Shown in pieces: positions 29,314-39,093 of a stretch of 57,311 nucleotides of DNA; the first letter of the stretch is position 1, and each line of letters opens with the position of its first letter. This stretch comes from Theionarchaea archaeon (GTDB lineage: Archaea > Methanobacteriota_B > Thermococci > Methanofastidiosales > SZ-28-30), in contig JACVGW010000009.1 in NCBI GenBank assembly GCA_018992565.1, positions 1-57,311 of the forward strand, in the 5' to 3' direction. The notes below the pieces were generated by a model. That model did no database searches, was not told the origin of the DNA, and saw nothing but the letters and a program-made list of their open reading frames with translations. Both the position numbers and the translations under genes were made by a program.

Positions 29314-29916
29314 CTAGCTGATGTACTGGGCGAAGAGGCTGACCAGGAAAGGAACCAACAGGGTTATGATCACTCCACTGATAACAGCCAGTACGCCCAC
29401 AGTCTTGGATGTGCATTGAATGATGACAGGTAATGTTGTGTCCATAGAGGTTGCCCCACCAGAGGCTAGAGGTGCCAACCTGCTGATCCGGGCCAAAATG
29501 GGGCAGGTGACAACAGTCAGGATCTCTCTGAAGATATTGGACAGGAAAGCCAGAGTCCCCAGCGTGGTGCCCACTGCCTGGGTGAGGATAATGCTTGACA
29601 AGGTGTAGTAGCCCATTCCAGAGGCGACGGCCAATGATTCATACAGAGCTACATCCGTGAGAACCGAGGCTACCATTCCTCCCAGCAAGCTCCCTGCAGT
29701 AATGGCCAGAGGTAACACAAGGATTTTCGCACCCATTCTTTTCAGATCTGCCAGTACTTCCTTGTTTCCCCCCACGTCTATTCCCACCAGAAAGAGCAAG
29801 GCGATTAATAACCACCGTGAACAGAGACCCACACCACCCAGAGCAGCCTCAGGAAGTATGTTGAAGAACCCAAGAGCGACTCCCATGACCAGAGCACACA
29901 CAATCAGTGCTATCAC
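29314..29916 (-). CDS. LysO/DUF340 family transporter, large subunit
   Basis: 'GMGYYTLSS', 'FLSNIFRE', 'GGATSMDTTLP'. Real start GTG 29916 overlaps the upstream stop. Confidence 0.82.
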   Translation of the reverse strand: MIALIVCALVMGVALGFFNILPEAALGGVGLCSRWLLIALLFLVGIDVGGNKEVLADLKRMGAKILVLPLAITAGSLLGGMVASVLTDVALYESLAVASGMGYYTLSSIILTQAVGTTLGTLAFLSNIFREILTVVTCPILARISRLAPLASGGATSMDTTLPVIIQCTSKTVGVLAVISGVIITLLVPFLVSLFAQYIS

Positions 29917-30188
29917 GACATCACACCTGCCTTCTCCACAGCCAGCACAGCCAGCACACTCCCTGAAATAGTGACTACTGCAAACAGAGCCGCGTATACA
30001 CCAATCGTGGACAAATTCCCCATAATCGACTTGTTCATCCCAATTTGCAGTCCCATAAATAGAATCAAAAGAAAAATCACTGCAGTATACCCCTTTTGTA
30101 TGAGAATCTTGTGGGATTCCTTGAGAGGGAGGATTCTCCCTATAATGATGCCGCAGACCAGTGAAAGAATAATATCTATCATAGTCAT
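29913..30188 (-). CDS. LysO/DUF340 family small membrane subunit
   Basis: 91 aa, three TMs, 'LLILFMGLQIG.N'; translationally coupled to the next gene. Confidence 0.75.
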   Translation of the reverse strand: MTMIDIILSLVCGIIIGRILPLKESHKILIQKGYTAVIFLLILFMGLQIGMNKSIMGNLSTIGVYAALFAVVTISGSVLAVLAVEKAGVMS

Positions 30189-30278
30189 TGGTCTTTGCCA
30201 GTGTTTTTAAGGGTTCATGTAGTGTAGAAAGCTCGACTTCCCGCAAAGGTTTATCTTCCTGTGAGATACTAGACTCCC

Positions 30279-31484
30279 ATGATAGACCAGTACAGAAAGA
30301 CCCATTCCCGATCCTGGAAATTCCATCAGAGGGCAGCAAAGGTCTTGCCCGGTGGAGATACCAGGTCAGTCACCTATTTCGATCCGTATCCCTGCTTCAT
30401 TGAGTCTGGTTCTGGATGCAGGATCTATGATGTGGATGGAAATGAGTATCTGGACTTTCTCAATAATTATACGGCCCTCATTCTGGGCCACGCCCATCCG
30501 CAGGTGGTGGCCAGAGTCACTCACCAGATCAAGAAAGGCACCGTCTATCCGGCACCCATTGAGGTTCAGACGGTGCTGGCAGAGGTCCTCACCAGGAGAA
30601 TTTCTTCCTGCAAGAAGATTAGATTCTGCAATTCAGGTACTGAAGCCAATATTCAGGCTCTTCGAGCTGCAAGAGCATTCACAAAGAGAAAGAAAGTGGT
30701 AAAAGTGTACCGGGGATACCATGGCAGTTTTGATTTTGATGACTCTGTTGATATTACCTTTAACGACCTGGAAAAGGCGGAAGGAATCATAAGAGAGAAC
30801 AAGGATGAGATTGCCTGCGTTATCATCGAACCTATCCTGGGCAAAGGAATGATACCTGCCACAAGAGAGTTCCTTTGCGGGCTGAGGGAGGTTACAGCTC
30901 AGTATGATATACTCCTTATCCTGGATGAAGTGGTGACCTTCAGATTGGATCTCGGAGGTGTGCAGAGCGTATACAAGGTCGAACCCGACATCACGGTGCT
31001 GGGAAAAGTGATTGGAGGAGGATTTCCGGTGGGGGCCTTCGGAGGAAGAGAGGACATACTGATGCAATTCTCTCCCCAGGAAGATGGGTTTATCCCGCAC
31101 TCAGGAACCTTCAATGGAAATCCCGTTACCATGGCTGCTGGACTGGAGACACTGAAGATACTGGATGGTCCTGCAATTAAGAGGCTGAACGACATGGGAG
31201 AGCACCTGAAAAAGGACCTCAATACTCTCCTGGAAGGTAAGGCATGCATATCAGGGATGGGTTCTCTTCTGCACTTCCAGGCTGCTGAAACACCTGCGTC
31301 AAGTGCTGAAGAATTCGAAACCCAGGATAGAGACTTCTTCAGGAACCTGCACATCCTCACGCTGTTGAATGGGATATACATGGCGCCCAGGGGGCTCTTC
31401 AATGTGTCTTTGCCCATGGGCGATACGGAGTTGGGTCAATTTACTGGATGTATCGAAGGGATCATTGATGATATAGCTCCTTAA
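30279..31484 (+). CDS. Class III PLP aminotransferase (glutamate-1-semialdehyde aminomutase-like)
   Basis: 'DVDGNEYLD', 'NSGTEA', 'YHG', 'LILDEVVT', 'LGKVIGGGFPVGAFGG', 'SGTFNGNP'. Confidence 0.88.
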   Translation: MIDQYRKTHSRSWKFHQRAAKVLPGGDTRSVTYFDPYPCFIESGSGCRIYDVDGNEYLDFLNNYTALILGHAHPQVVARVTHQIKKGTVYPAPIEVQTVLAEVLTRRISSCKKIRFCNSGTEANIQALRAARAFTKRKKVVKVYRGYHGSFDFDDSVDITFNDLEKAEGIIRENKDEIACVIIEPILGKGMIPATREFLCGLREVTAQYDILLILDEVVTFRLDLGGVQSVYKVEPDITVLGKVIGGGFPVGAFGGREDILMQFSPQEDGFIPHSGTFNGNPVTMAAGLETLKILDGPAIKRLNDMGEHLKKDLNTLLEGKACISGMGSLLHFQAAETPASSAEEFETQDRDFFRNLHILTLLNGIYMAPRGLFNVSLPMGDTELGQFTGCIEGIIDDIAP

Positions 31485-31875
31485 TGAGGAAATCCTGGCT
31501 TGATATCAGGCGTAATTCCTGAAGATTGTGTATTATCGGATTTCAAAAGAAGGTGCATTCTGAATTCAAGAAACACATATAAACATACCTTATTTACACT
31601 GTGAACAGAGGCTTTCACACCCTCTGAGGAGTCGGAAATATAAGGATTTTGAGATGTGCAGTCCTCTTTCGGATTTCGACTCCTCATTTCCTGTGGTTTT
31701 TCTTGCTCAAAGATTCAGAGTGTTACGGTGCAGTGCTCTATATGCTCCAGTTCTGTTGAAGATGCTTGATTCTGATATGTTGATGTGTAGCATTTGATTT
31801 TTTATACAAGAAAGAGACACATGCAAAAAAGAAATGGATCCCTGTATGATGGATATGCAGATAGTCTTCAAGAGT

Positions 31876-32055
31876 CTAGGTTGTGCGGAGAAAAATCACT
31901 TCAAGGCCTTTTTGCTCGCGATAGACTCCGGAGAACGAAAGGCTGCATCTCAATGGGAGCCCGCCGCAATAGGCACCAGTGGCTGTTAGTGTGCCCATGC
32001 GCCTGCAACCGACATTTCCTTTTCCTCCAGGGTATATGTGGTTCTCACTTTCCAT
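31876..32055 (-). CDS. Possible 59-aa small protein (MESENHIYPGGKGNVGCRRMGTLTATGAYCGGLPLRCSLSFSGVYREQKGLEVIFLRTT)
   Basis: GAGGAG RBS and an island-type promoter at ~32147-32184; no recognisable family. Confidence 0.3.
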   Translation of the reverse strand: MESENHIYPGGKGNVGCRRMGTLTATGAYCGGLPLRCSLSFSGVYREQKGLEVIFLRTT

Positions 32056-32573
32056 GAGATACGTCTCCTCTTATCTTCCAAAATCCGCACTACTGTTTCT
32101 CGGGATCCTAAAGAGAAACAAGTATCTCTCGATCATGTGTATTATTCTTAAGGTTTTGTGACAGTGATGTTGCAGTTTTTTTTTCAGAGTCCAGAATCGG
32201 GCAGGAAAACGAAATCCAGAACCCAGAGATCAGGAACCTCGGCCCTTTTCACTATCTTTTTACATAATACTTTTCACAAATAATCACTCTTCATCGGGGA
32301 TAACTCATATAAATTGCACGATCTAGCATATCGTGCCTCTTGATTGAAGAAATCAAGGATAGGCCGGCCCTTCTGGGGCGCTTACTGCGTCTTACAGTCT
32401 CTTCATGTTTTCCCTCTGTGAAGATATTGGTGAGCTCCCAAGGGCCACAGCCTATTTCTCTGTTGAAATGGTGATTTCGCAACAAACGCATCGGATTCTG
32501 TCCCAAATGCTACAGACAGAAGGGAAAGGTAGTGGCGGCCTTTTCAGAGCCAGACATCAAGCAGACTCCATAC

Positions 32574-33203
32574 TTACTCAATATAGGTGAGAATCTGTTG
32601 AACTGATTTGCGTGGCGGAGAATCAGGGTTATGATCGGGAATTCCAACAGGAACGAGGGCCAGTATCTCCCATGGCTCATGAATATTGAGAAGTCTTTCC
32701 AGTTCATCATGGGCATAGTATGGGATGCGAACCCAGCATGAACCATATCCACAGTCGAGAGCTGTCAGCAGGAGATTCTGAACTGCAGCCCCAACGCTCT
32801 GGACACTGACGAATCCCCCGTATCGATCAATGGCTCTATCTCTGAGGGCGCGTTCTTCTTGAAATATACGGAAATTTGGATCTCTCTCCAGGGAAAAGGG
32901 CATGACCAGCACTGCAAAGACCAGAGGTGCAGTCGAGAAAACCAATGAGGAGGCAATGCGCCGGGCCGCAGATTTATTATCTGTGTGGTTGAAGAAGGCA
33001 ACTCCCTCGTCATGGATAATGCGTCTCATCTCATCTCTATATCCCTTGTTTGTTATAGCGATAAACCGCCACGGCTGCAGGTTTCCACCACTTGGCGCCA
33101 GGGAAGCTGCGTGAATCATTTTTTCAATATCTTTTCTGGGCACAGGATCGGACTTGAATCGCCGGATGCTTCGCCTTTCACGTATGACAACTTGAAGATC
33201 CAT
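32574..33203 (-). CDS. Nitroreductase family flavoprotein
   Basis: 'RRSIRRF', 'APSGGNLQPWRF', 'GAAVQNLLL.A...GYGSCW'. Confidence 0.9.
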   Translation of the reverse strand: MDLQVVIRERRSIRRFKSDPVPRKDIEKMIHAASLAPSGGNLQPWRFIAITNKGYRDEMRRIIHDEGVAFFNHTDNKSAARRIASSLVFSTAPLVFAVLVMPFSLERDPNFRIFQEERALRDRAIDRYGGFVSVQSVGAAVQNLLLTALDCGYGSCWVRIPYYAHDELERLLNIHEPWEILALVPVGIPDHNPDSPPRKSVQQILTYIE

Positions 33204-33675
33204 ATAGACACCTACGAAGACACATCACTCCCAGTGCCGCTTTGTTGACCTGTGATATTCTGAAGAGTGATAGAGCTCCAGCAATCCACGTATCCGTAAA
33301 TGAATTGTGGTCTCCATCTTGGGCACAAGAGGTACTCGACAGAATCCAGATGCATTCATATAGGTTTGCCATACTTCAAGAGCAGTTACTTTTGAGGTGG
33401 AGCCCATGAAAGGACTAGTCTTTGATCCACGCAGGATACATCCCCTGTGAGACCCTGCGCTCTTCTGCCGGCTCTGCTTATCCGTTCTCACGCACACAGA
33501 GACTCTCTCCCGGATGAGTCGCCGTTTTTCCATGACGTTACCATGAGCACAGCCTGACTCCCACGTAATTTCAGCAGTTAATTTCCAAAAAAAACGACCT
33601 TTTATCCCTGAAAACTCATATAAACTTTCCTGACAAGAAGTCACATCTATGTGCTCTGTAATAAGAGGTGAAAAC

Positions 33676-34260
33676 ATGAAACCTTCGGACATAAATGCAG
33701 ACAAGGAGTATCTAGCATGGGATGAGAACTGCATCTGGTTGTGTAGAGAAAATGATGCTATCATTACGAGAATCCATTCAATTGGAGCGCAGCTCACCGT
33801 GAGGGTCAATGCAGAAGGGGTAAGCCTCTGGAAATTGTGTGATGGAACTCGGACTCTTGAAGACATCATTACTTTCCTGGAAGATGAGTACTATACCCCA
33901 CGTGAAATCCTGATACGAGACGTGGCATGTGCAGTGGAAGCTCTTTCAGGAATGGGATTGATTGTCACGAGAAAGGAAAAGAAGCAGTCTTTCCAGCATA
34001 TCTACAGTGTAGAAAACCATGTACGCTGGGCAGATGATGTAATACTCAGAGAAGAGGATGGAGAACTCATATTGATGAACCTGAGTACCAGTCATGTATA
34101 TGAGTTGCCTCATAAATTCCTGCCTATACTAGAAGAATGCAAAAAAGGCCACACAATAGCAGAAATCCAGAATCAGGTGGGAGAAGGGTGTGATGTAGTG
34201 AACTACGTGCTTGAATATCTGGACAACCTTGGTCTGATTGTTGTCAATTCCCAAGAGTGA
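33676..34260 (+). CDS. Tandem PqqD/RRE peptide-binding protein 1
   Basis: Two PqqD-like repeats ('NAEGVSLWKLCDGTRTLEDI...L...Y...DV...L...GLI' and a degenerate second copy). RBS GAGGTGA. Confidence 0.82.
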   Translation: MKPSDINADKEYLAWDENCIWLCRENDAIITRIHSIGAQLTVRVNAEGVSLWKLCDGTRTLEDIITFLEDEYYTPREILIRDVACAVEALSGMGLIVTRKEKKQSFQHIYSVENHVRWADDVILREEDGELILMNLSTSHVYELPHKFLPILEECKKGHTIAEIQNQVGEGCDVVNYVLEYLDNLGLIVVNSQE

Positions 34261-34265
34261 CTATC

Positions 34266-35624
34266 ATGAGAGTCAGTCTTTTCACACAGCTTTTGAAGAT
34301 GGATGAAGGGAGGTATCTTCTTCTCAATCCCGTCTCTGGGAACATACGTGTTGTAGATAATGAAGTCGCAGACTTCCTTTCAGAATATAGTGAGACAGGA
34401 TTGGATGGAGAGAGAATTGAAGGGCGGTTACTGGAAATACTCAAAAGAGAGGGGTATATCACTGATTTTACTGAAGAAGAGGAGAAAAATAGAATACTAG
34501 ATGCAAGTAGTGCTGTATCACAACGTCCTGTTTATGCGCATGCGATTATCATCACCTATAGATGTAACCTTGAATGTTCATACTGCATCAACAGTTCTTT
34601 GCTCGGTAGCGCTCCTTCCTGGCTGAATAAGAGAATCTCCAGAGATTCTGTTGACAAGGCCTTCGCCGTCATGAAGGATATGAAGGAAAAAACGGTAAGA
34701 CGTCATCCCATTTACGTGACAGGAGGGGAGCCCCTCCTTCCAGAAAACAGAGCGATTGTGGAGTATATACTGGATCTTTCTGCGCATTCAGGGGACAAGG
34801 TAGCTGCAAACACCAATGGATATTACCTTGCTCAATATGCTGATCTCTTTGAAAAGTATGGGACCTTCACCATGGCGGGAGTCACGCTTGATGGCCCCCC
34901 CACTGTGCACGACAGAAGAAGGAAGACAGGACAGGGCCCGGGTTCCTTCTGGAGAATCGTTGAAGGAATTGAGGCCATCAGGCCCCTTTCAATACATGTA
35001 GGCATTCGGGTCAATGTTGATAAAACGAATATTGATGCTCTTCCCGAACTTGTTGCCTTTTTTGAAGAGCGCGGATGGGCAGACGACAAGCATTTCTCGT
35101 TTTGTGTGTGCAGAGTTCTCAGGACAGGTACTCCACATGATGCCTGTCTCCTGACTCCGCTCGAGGCCATACAGAAGATAATTACCATGCATACAGAAGG
35201 TGTGCTACCTCGGTACATGAAATATGAATGTTCTTACAGCAACCCCGGGACTCTCTGGGGCACCTTGCAGGGAAAAGGACCGCTTCGTCCCCGATTGTAC
35301 TATTGTCCGGGTCTCGGTGAGACCTTCATATATGATCCTCATGGTGATATCTATGGTTGTCCACAGCTGGTGGGAAATCCGGAATACAGAATCGGAACAT
35401 ATGCCCCTCACTTCAAGCTGGAGCCCTTTCTTGATACGCTTAAGGCGAGGACGCCGTTGAACATGGCTGAATGCAGGGAGTGTACGTACGCTCTCTTATG
35501 TGGCGGAGGATGTGGCTACAATGCCCACATTGAACATGGCTCTTTCATGTCACCATATTGCGAGGAAACTGAGGCCTTCCTCACGTACTGGGTCCCCTTC
35601 TACCTCAAAAGACTCATTCAGTAG
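34266..35624 (+). CDS. Radical SAM/SPASM peptide maturase with N-terminal RRE (rSAM-1)
   Basis: CNLECSYC, GGEP, 'HDRRR...GSF'; SPASM C..DPHGDIYGC...CRECTYALLCGGGC...PYC. Confidence 0.9.
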   Translation: MRVSLFTQLLKMDEGRYLLLNPVSGNIRVVDNEVADFLSEYSETGLDGERIEGRLLEILKREGYITDFTEEEEKNRILDASSAVSQRPVYAHAIIITYRCNLECSYCINSSLLGSAPSWLNKRISRDSVDKAFAVMKDMKEKTVRRHPIYVTGGEPLLPENRAIVEYILDLSAHSGDKVAANTNGYYLAQYADLFEKYGTFTMAGVTLDGPPTVHDRRRKTGQGPGSFWRIVEGIEAIRPLSIHVGIRVNVDKTNIDALPELVAFFEERGWADDKHFSFCVCRVLRTGTPHDACLLTPLEAIQKIITMHTEGVLPRYMKYECSYSNPGTLWGTLQGKGPLRPRLYYCPGLGETFIYDPHGDIYGCPQLVGNPEYRIGTYAPHFKLEPFLDTLKARTPLNMAECRECTYALLCGGGCGYNAHIEHGSFMSPYCEETEAFLTYWVPFYLKRLIQ

Positions 35625-35647
35625 TTGAAAGCAGTCAAGCGACGAAC

Positions 35648-36349
35648 ATGGCAGAGGTATCACAGAGACCCTGGGAAGCTGCGTACAGTAAGGGAGTAGG
35701 CATAGTGGAGAGACCTGCGTTTCTTACCTATCTGGCAGCTGAGATGATGAAGAGGGAAACCCTCAAGAGCGTACTGGATATTGGCTGTGCCGCAGGCAGA
35801 AATTCAGTCTTCCTGGCGAGAGAAGGATTTGATGTCGTGGGCATTGAACCACAGTCAACTATTCTGGAAGTAGCACGCAGCAAAGTATCTGATGAGGGTG
35901 CAAAGCCACGGCTTCTGCTGGGAGACCTGGTTGATCTTCCCTTCAAGGAGTCATCATTTGATGCTGTCCTGTGTTTATATGTCCTCATGTTCCTCCCAGT
36001 GGTGAAATTGGCCACGTGCGTGCGGAATATTTTTCAAGTCCTTCGGGACTCAGGAATGGCATTTTTTGCTTTCTATTCTCCTGAAGACGCAAGTTTTGAA
36101 ATGGGAGAATGTCTCCATGAGAACACCATACGATGGGACAGGAGGATGGGCCCCTGGGCAGGAATTGAAGCACACTATTTCACTCACGAGGAAATTCTTC
36201 ACCTTTTCAACACAGTTGAGATTCTATCTCTTCACCTGGTAACGCAGAGGGAAACACATGATGGAGTACCCCATGTACATAGGTTCTGGCAGGTTATTTG
36301 CAGAAAAGACTCCACAACCTGTACTCCCGTGAAAGAGAGAACAGGGTGA
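35648..36349 (+). CDS. Class I SAM-dependent methyltransferase (island-associated)
   Basis: 'VLDIGCAAGR', 'LPFKESSFDAVLC'; begins 23 nt after rSAM-1. Confidence 0.88.
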   Translation: MAEVSQRPWEAAYSKGVGIVERPAFLTYLAAEMMKRETLKSVLDIGCAAGRNSVFLAREGFDVVGIEPQSTILEVARSKVSDEGAKPRLLLGDLVDLPFKESSFDAVLCLYVLMFLPVVKLATCVRNIFQVLRDSGMAFFAFYSPEDASFEMGECLHENTIRWDRRMGPWAGIEAHYFTHEEILHLFNTVEILSLHLVTQRETHDGVPHVHRFWQVICRKDSTTCTPVKERTG

Positions 36350-36371
36350 AAGGGTTATGCTGGAAAAGTCC

Positions 36372-37538
36372 TCAGAGGCTTCTTCTTCCTGGTGGTACAG
36401 AACATTGCGGATCTGGCATGAATGGATCACCATAGTATCCGTAGGAAATGCATGAGGCCCCTCCAGAGCAGAGGTATGGAGCATTGGTATTGAAATAGCA
36501 GGTCTGGCACTTCCCTTTGACGTGCTTTGACTTCCGTCGGAGTTTCCACAGGAGAGGGTGGCCCCATATGTCCTGGATGTCTTGTGTCAGGATATTGCCT
36601 ATAGGAATGGGAAGTCTCCGACATGGATAGACACTACCATCTTCCATGACATTGATGATATTCTTACCAATGTTGCCACCGATTCCGCATGAAACTCCAT
36701 TCTTGGCGTGATTTGATGTATCAGCAGGGTCTTGGTATATGACAGGCCAGTCACATCGAGAGCGAGTGAGCACGGGCTTGGGAATAAGGGGCGCAGCTTC
36801 TCTCGTCATGGAATCAAGATCGTCGCTGAGGTTCCTGTATAGAGCATACGTCTCCTGAGAAGTCAGCATTGTGTTCAGCATCTCTTTCCCCCTTCCCCAG
36901 GGCACGAGGCGAGTCACTGTCAATACATCCACATCTAGTTCCTTTGCCAGGGCCATAATGTGGAAGGCATCTTTGTAGTTGCCCTTATGAACAACAAAGT
37001 GCATATGGACCTCCAGTGATGTGAGAGTCAGTGTCCTGATAGCCTGTATCGCTTCCTGGAATCTCCCGCTGCCCCGAATTCTATCATGGGTTTCAGCCGA
37101 AACACCGTCCACACTGATTTGAATATAATTGACAGCTCTGTTTTCCTCGAGTCTATCAGCAAGTGTCCTGGTGGTGGTAGATCCATTGGACAGGACTGCA
37201 ACATGGACGGGAGTCAGGTGATCTTCAACATAATCCTGCAAGTAGGCAAGGATATCCCAGAAGTGAGGTGAAATTGTGGGCTCCCCTCCAGATATCCAGA
37301 TATAGGGAGTTCTTCCCCACTTCTTCATGGTTGTCAGGAACTTGTCAATCACGAGCATACACTGATCAAGTGGCATGTCATAGTGCGGTTCATCTTCATT
37401 GTAGCAATGTCTGCAGCGCAGGTTACACCGACCGGTGATCTGAAATTGCATAACAAAGAACTTCCTCCTGTCAGTTCTCTCAGTTGTCCTGATATCTCTC
37501 TTTCTCGAGACGTAACCTGGTTCACTCGGTTCTCTCAT
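36372..37538 (-). CDS. Radical SAM/SPASM protein without RRE (rSAM-2, class II)
   Basis: 'MQFQITGRCNLRCRHCY', GGEP, 'TRLVPWGRG', 'RCDWP'; SPASM 'YPCRRLP...CQTC...CSGGASC...DPQC'. Confidence 0.9.
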   Translation of the reverse strand: MREPSEPGYVSRKRDIRTTERTDRRKFFVMQFQITGRCNLRCRHCYNEDEPHYDMPLDQCMLVIDKFLTTMKKWGRTPYIWISGGEPTISPHFWDILAYLQDYVEDHLTPVHVAVLSNGSTTTRTLADRLEENRAVNYIQISVDGVSAETHDRIRGSGRFQEAIQAIRTLTLTSLEVHMHFVVHKGNYKDAFHIMALAKELDVDVLTVTRLVPWGRGKEMLNTMLTSQETYALYRNLSDDLDSMTREAAPLIPKPVLTRSRCDWPVIYQDPADTSNHAKNGVSCGIGGNIGKNIINVMEDGSVYPCRRLPIPIGNILTQDIQDIWGHPLLWKLRRKSKHVKGKCQTCYFNTNAPYLCSGGASCISYGYYGDPFMPDPQCSVPPGRRSL

Positions 37539-38907
37539 GAGGTATTCCCTCTCTCCATTTTCCTCTCATCTCGTAAAGAAACTGCAGGTATGAATTGACC
37601 CAGGAGTCTGTGATGTCTCGCGGTAGTGGGCATATTGGATTCTCAAAAGACCCCGTTGTCTGGAAAGCTTCGTATGCGCAGCCTGAGCCGCAGAGCAACC
37701 CATACTTACATCTCCTGCACTGCTCAATACGTGCTACATTCCTGGTTCTCATTTTCTGACGTTCTTCGTCATAGAGTTCGAATGTTGGGGAATATCTGCC
37801 GATTTCATGTTGCAGGACAGTGCACGAATAGATTATCCCTTCAGGGTCAAATACAAATCCGTATGGCGTATAGCAGCAGTTGACAGACAGCAGGTCCTCT
37901 CTTGCTTCGAATTTTCGAGACGCAGAGAGCTTCAACCATGAGTCAAAGAAATTTGTGAAGGTATTATAGAAGTTGAAGAGTCGAGTTGAAGGAAATTTCC
38001 TGTGTAATTCCATGAGTCTTTCCAGCATGTCATACCATTTCAAAAAATAGGGATATTCTGAGCTCACGAATTTTATTGTACTGACTACAAATGAGAGATG
38101 CCTGTCTTCATGCCATCCTCGAGATATCACAAAGTCTGCAACCTCAGGCAAATACTCTATGTTCTGGCTATCTGCATTGAACTTCAGTACTATGTTCACA
38201 TGTTTACGTGCTTCCTCTATATTCTGCACGATAGACTCAAATGTCCCACTGCCATCTCTTCTGATTCGTCGTTTGTCATGAATTCGCTGAGGACCATCCA
38301 GGGATACCTTAACCGGTATCTGATATTTTCTCAGCAGCGGAAGATATACATCCATATCCACTCCATTTGTGGTTATGCTGAGAAGGTTCATCTTCCTCTT
38401 TGCAGCCTCATGAAGAATTGAAGAGACTATGTCTTCATGTGCGGGCAGCAGAGGTTCCCCTCCTGTCAGGGACAATTGGGAAGAGGTGATCCCTTCCTGA
38501 TCAAAGAGCTTATCAAGGGCAGCACTGAACAAATCAATGGGCAGCTTCTTTGAGGGTGAGTCATTCTTTATATCAGATCGTAATCTCCGGAAGCAGTAGA
38601 CGCACTTCAGCTGGCAATCGTAGGAAGGTATTGCAATACATACTGCTATCTTCCTCCATGTCGCTGCCTCTTTTTGGTGCAGATCTTCTACGAGTGCTTC
38701 ATCCTCGCGATAGTCTTCGACTATGTAATGATTTCTTTTTAGGAATTCTTGAGTATCTTCCTGTCCTCCCCCGGTTCTATCGGCGTCTGGGCATGTGAGT
38801 ACTCTAATGACATCCTCATCGACTTCGTGCATCGTTCCTCGAAGGAAGTTCATTAGGAGATACTTCCCTTCCGAGACTTTACAGTAATGAGTGTACGGGC
38901 TGATCAT
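37522..38907 (-). CDS. Radical SAM/SPASM peptide maturase with N-terminal RRE (rSAM-3)
   Basis: CQLKCVYC, GGEP; SPASM 'DPEGIIYSC...CRRCKYGLLCGSGC...PIC'. ATG 38907 after GGAGG, directly downstream of precursor P1. Confidence 0.9.
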   Translation of the reverse strand: MISPYTHYCKVSEGKYLLMNFLRGTMHEVDEDVIRVLTCPDADRTGGGQEDTQEFLKRNHYIVEDYREDEALVEDLHQKEAATWRKIAVCIAIPSYDCQLKCVYCFRRLRSDIKNDSPSKKLPIDLFSAALDKLFDQEGITSSQLSLTGGEPLLPAHEDIVSSILHEAAKRKMNLLSITTNGVDMDVYLPLLRKYQIPVKVSLDGPQRIHDKRRIRRDGSGTFESIVQNIEEARKHVNIVLKFNADSQNIEYLPEVADFVISRGWHEDRHLSFVVSTIKFVSSEYPYFLKWYDMLERLMELHRKFPSTRLFNFYNTFTNFFDSWLKLSASRKFEAREDLLSVNCCYTPYGFVFDPEGIIYSCTVLQHEIGRYSPTFELYDEERQKMRTRNVARIEQCRRCKYGLLCGSGCAYEAFQTTGSFENPICPLPRDITDSWVNSYLQFLYEMRGKWREGIPHERTE

Positions 38908-38920
38908 CCTACTCTCCTCC

Positions 38921-38933
38921 AAAAAAAGAAAAA
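38921..38933 (-). terminator. Oligo-T tract between P1 and rSAM-3 (probable leaky archaeal terminator)
   Basis: TTTTTCTTTTTTT on the minus strand, 10 nt after the P1 stop. Confidence 0.45.
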
Positions 38934-38943
38934 TGTGGCAAGG

Positions 38944-39093
38944 CTAAAACCACACCATGCTACAATGGCACTCCTGGCCTAGGCACGCACAGCATGCGCA
39001 GCCACAAATACCGCACGGATTGTTATCTGGGGTAGTGCCTTCGATGTTAATGGTTATTCCTTGCCACGTTTTGCCTACTTCCTTGATTTTCAT
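38944..39093 (-). CDS. RiPP precursor P1, 49 aa, 8 Cys: MKIKEVGKTWQGITINIEGTTPDNNPCGICGCACCACLGQECHCSMVWF
   Basis: Hand-translated. RBS AAGGTGAG, TATA CTTATAAG at 39133-39140, Cys-free leader plus Cys-dense core, first gene of the rSAM-3/rSAM-2 operon. Confidence 0.85.
   Translation of the reverse strand: MKIKEVGKTWQGITINIEGTTPDNNPCGICGCACCACLGQECHCSMVWF

Noticed and set aside
29917..30339. 141-aa extension of the LysO ORF
   Set aside because: Overlaps the real small subunit gene and the aminotransferase; coupled GTG start at 29916.
33406..33450. 14-aa ORF MKGLVFDPRRIHPL after GAGGTGG
   Set aside because: Too short, no Cys, no promoter or leader similarity; not supportable.
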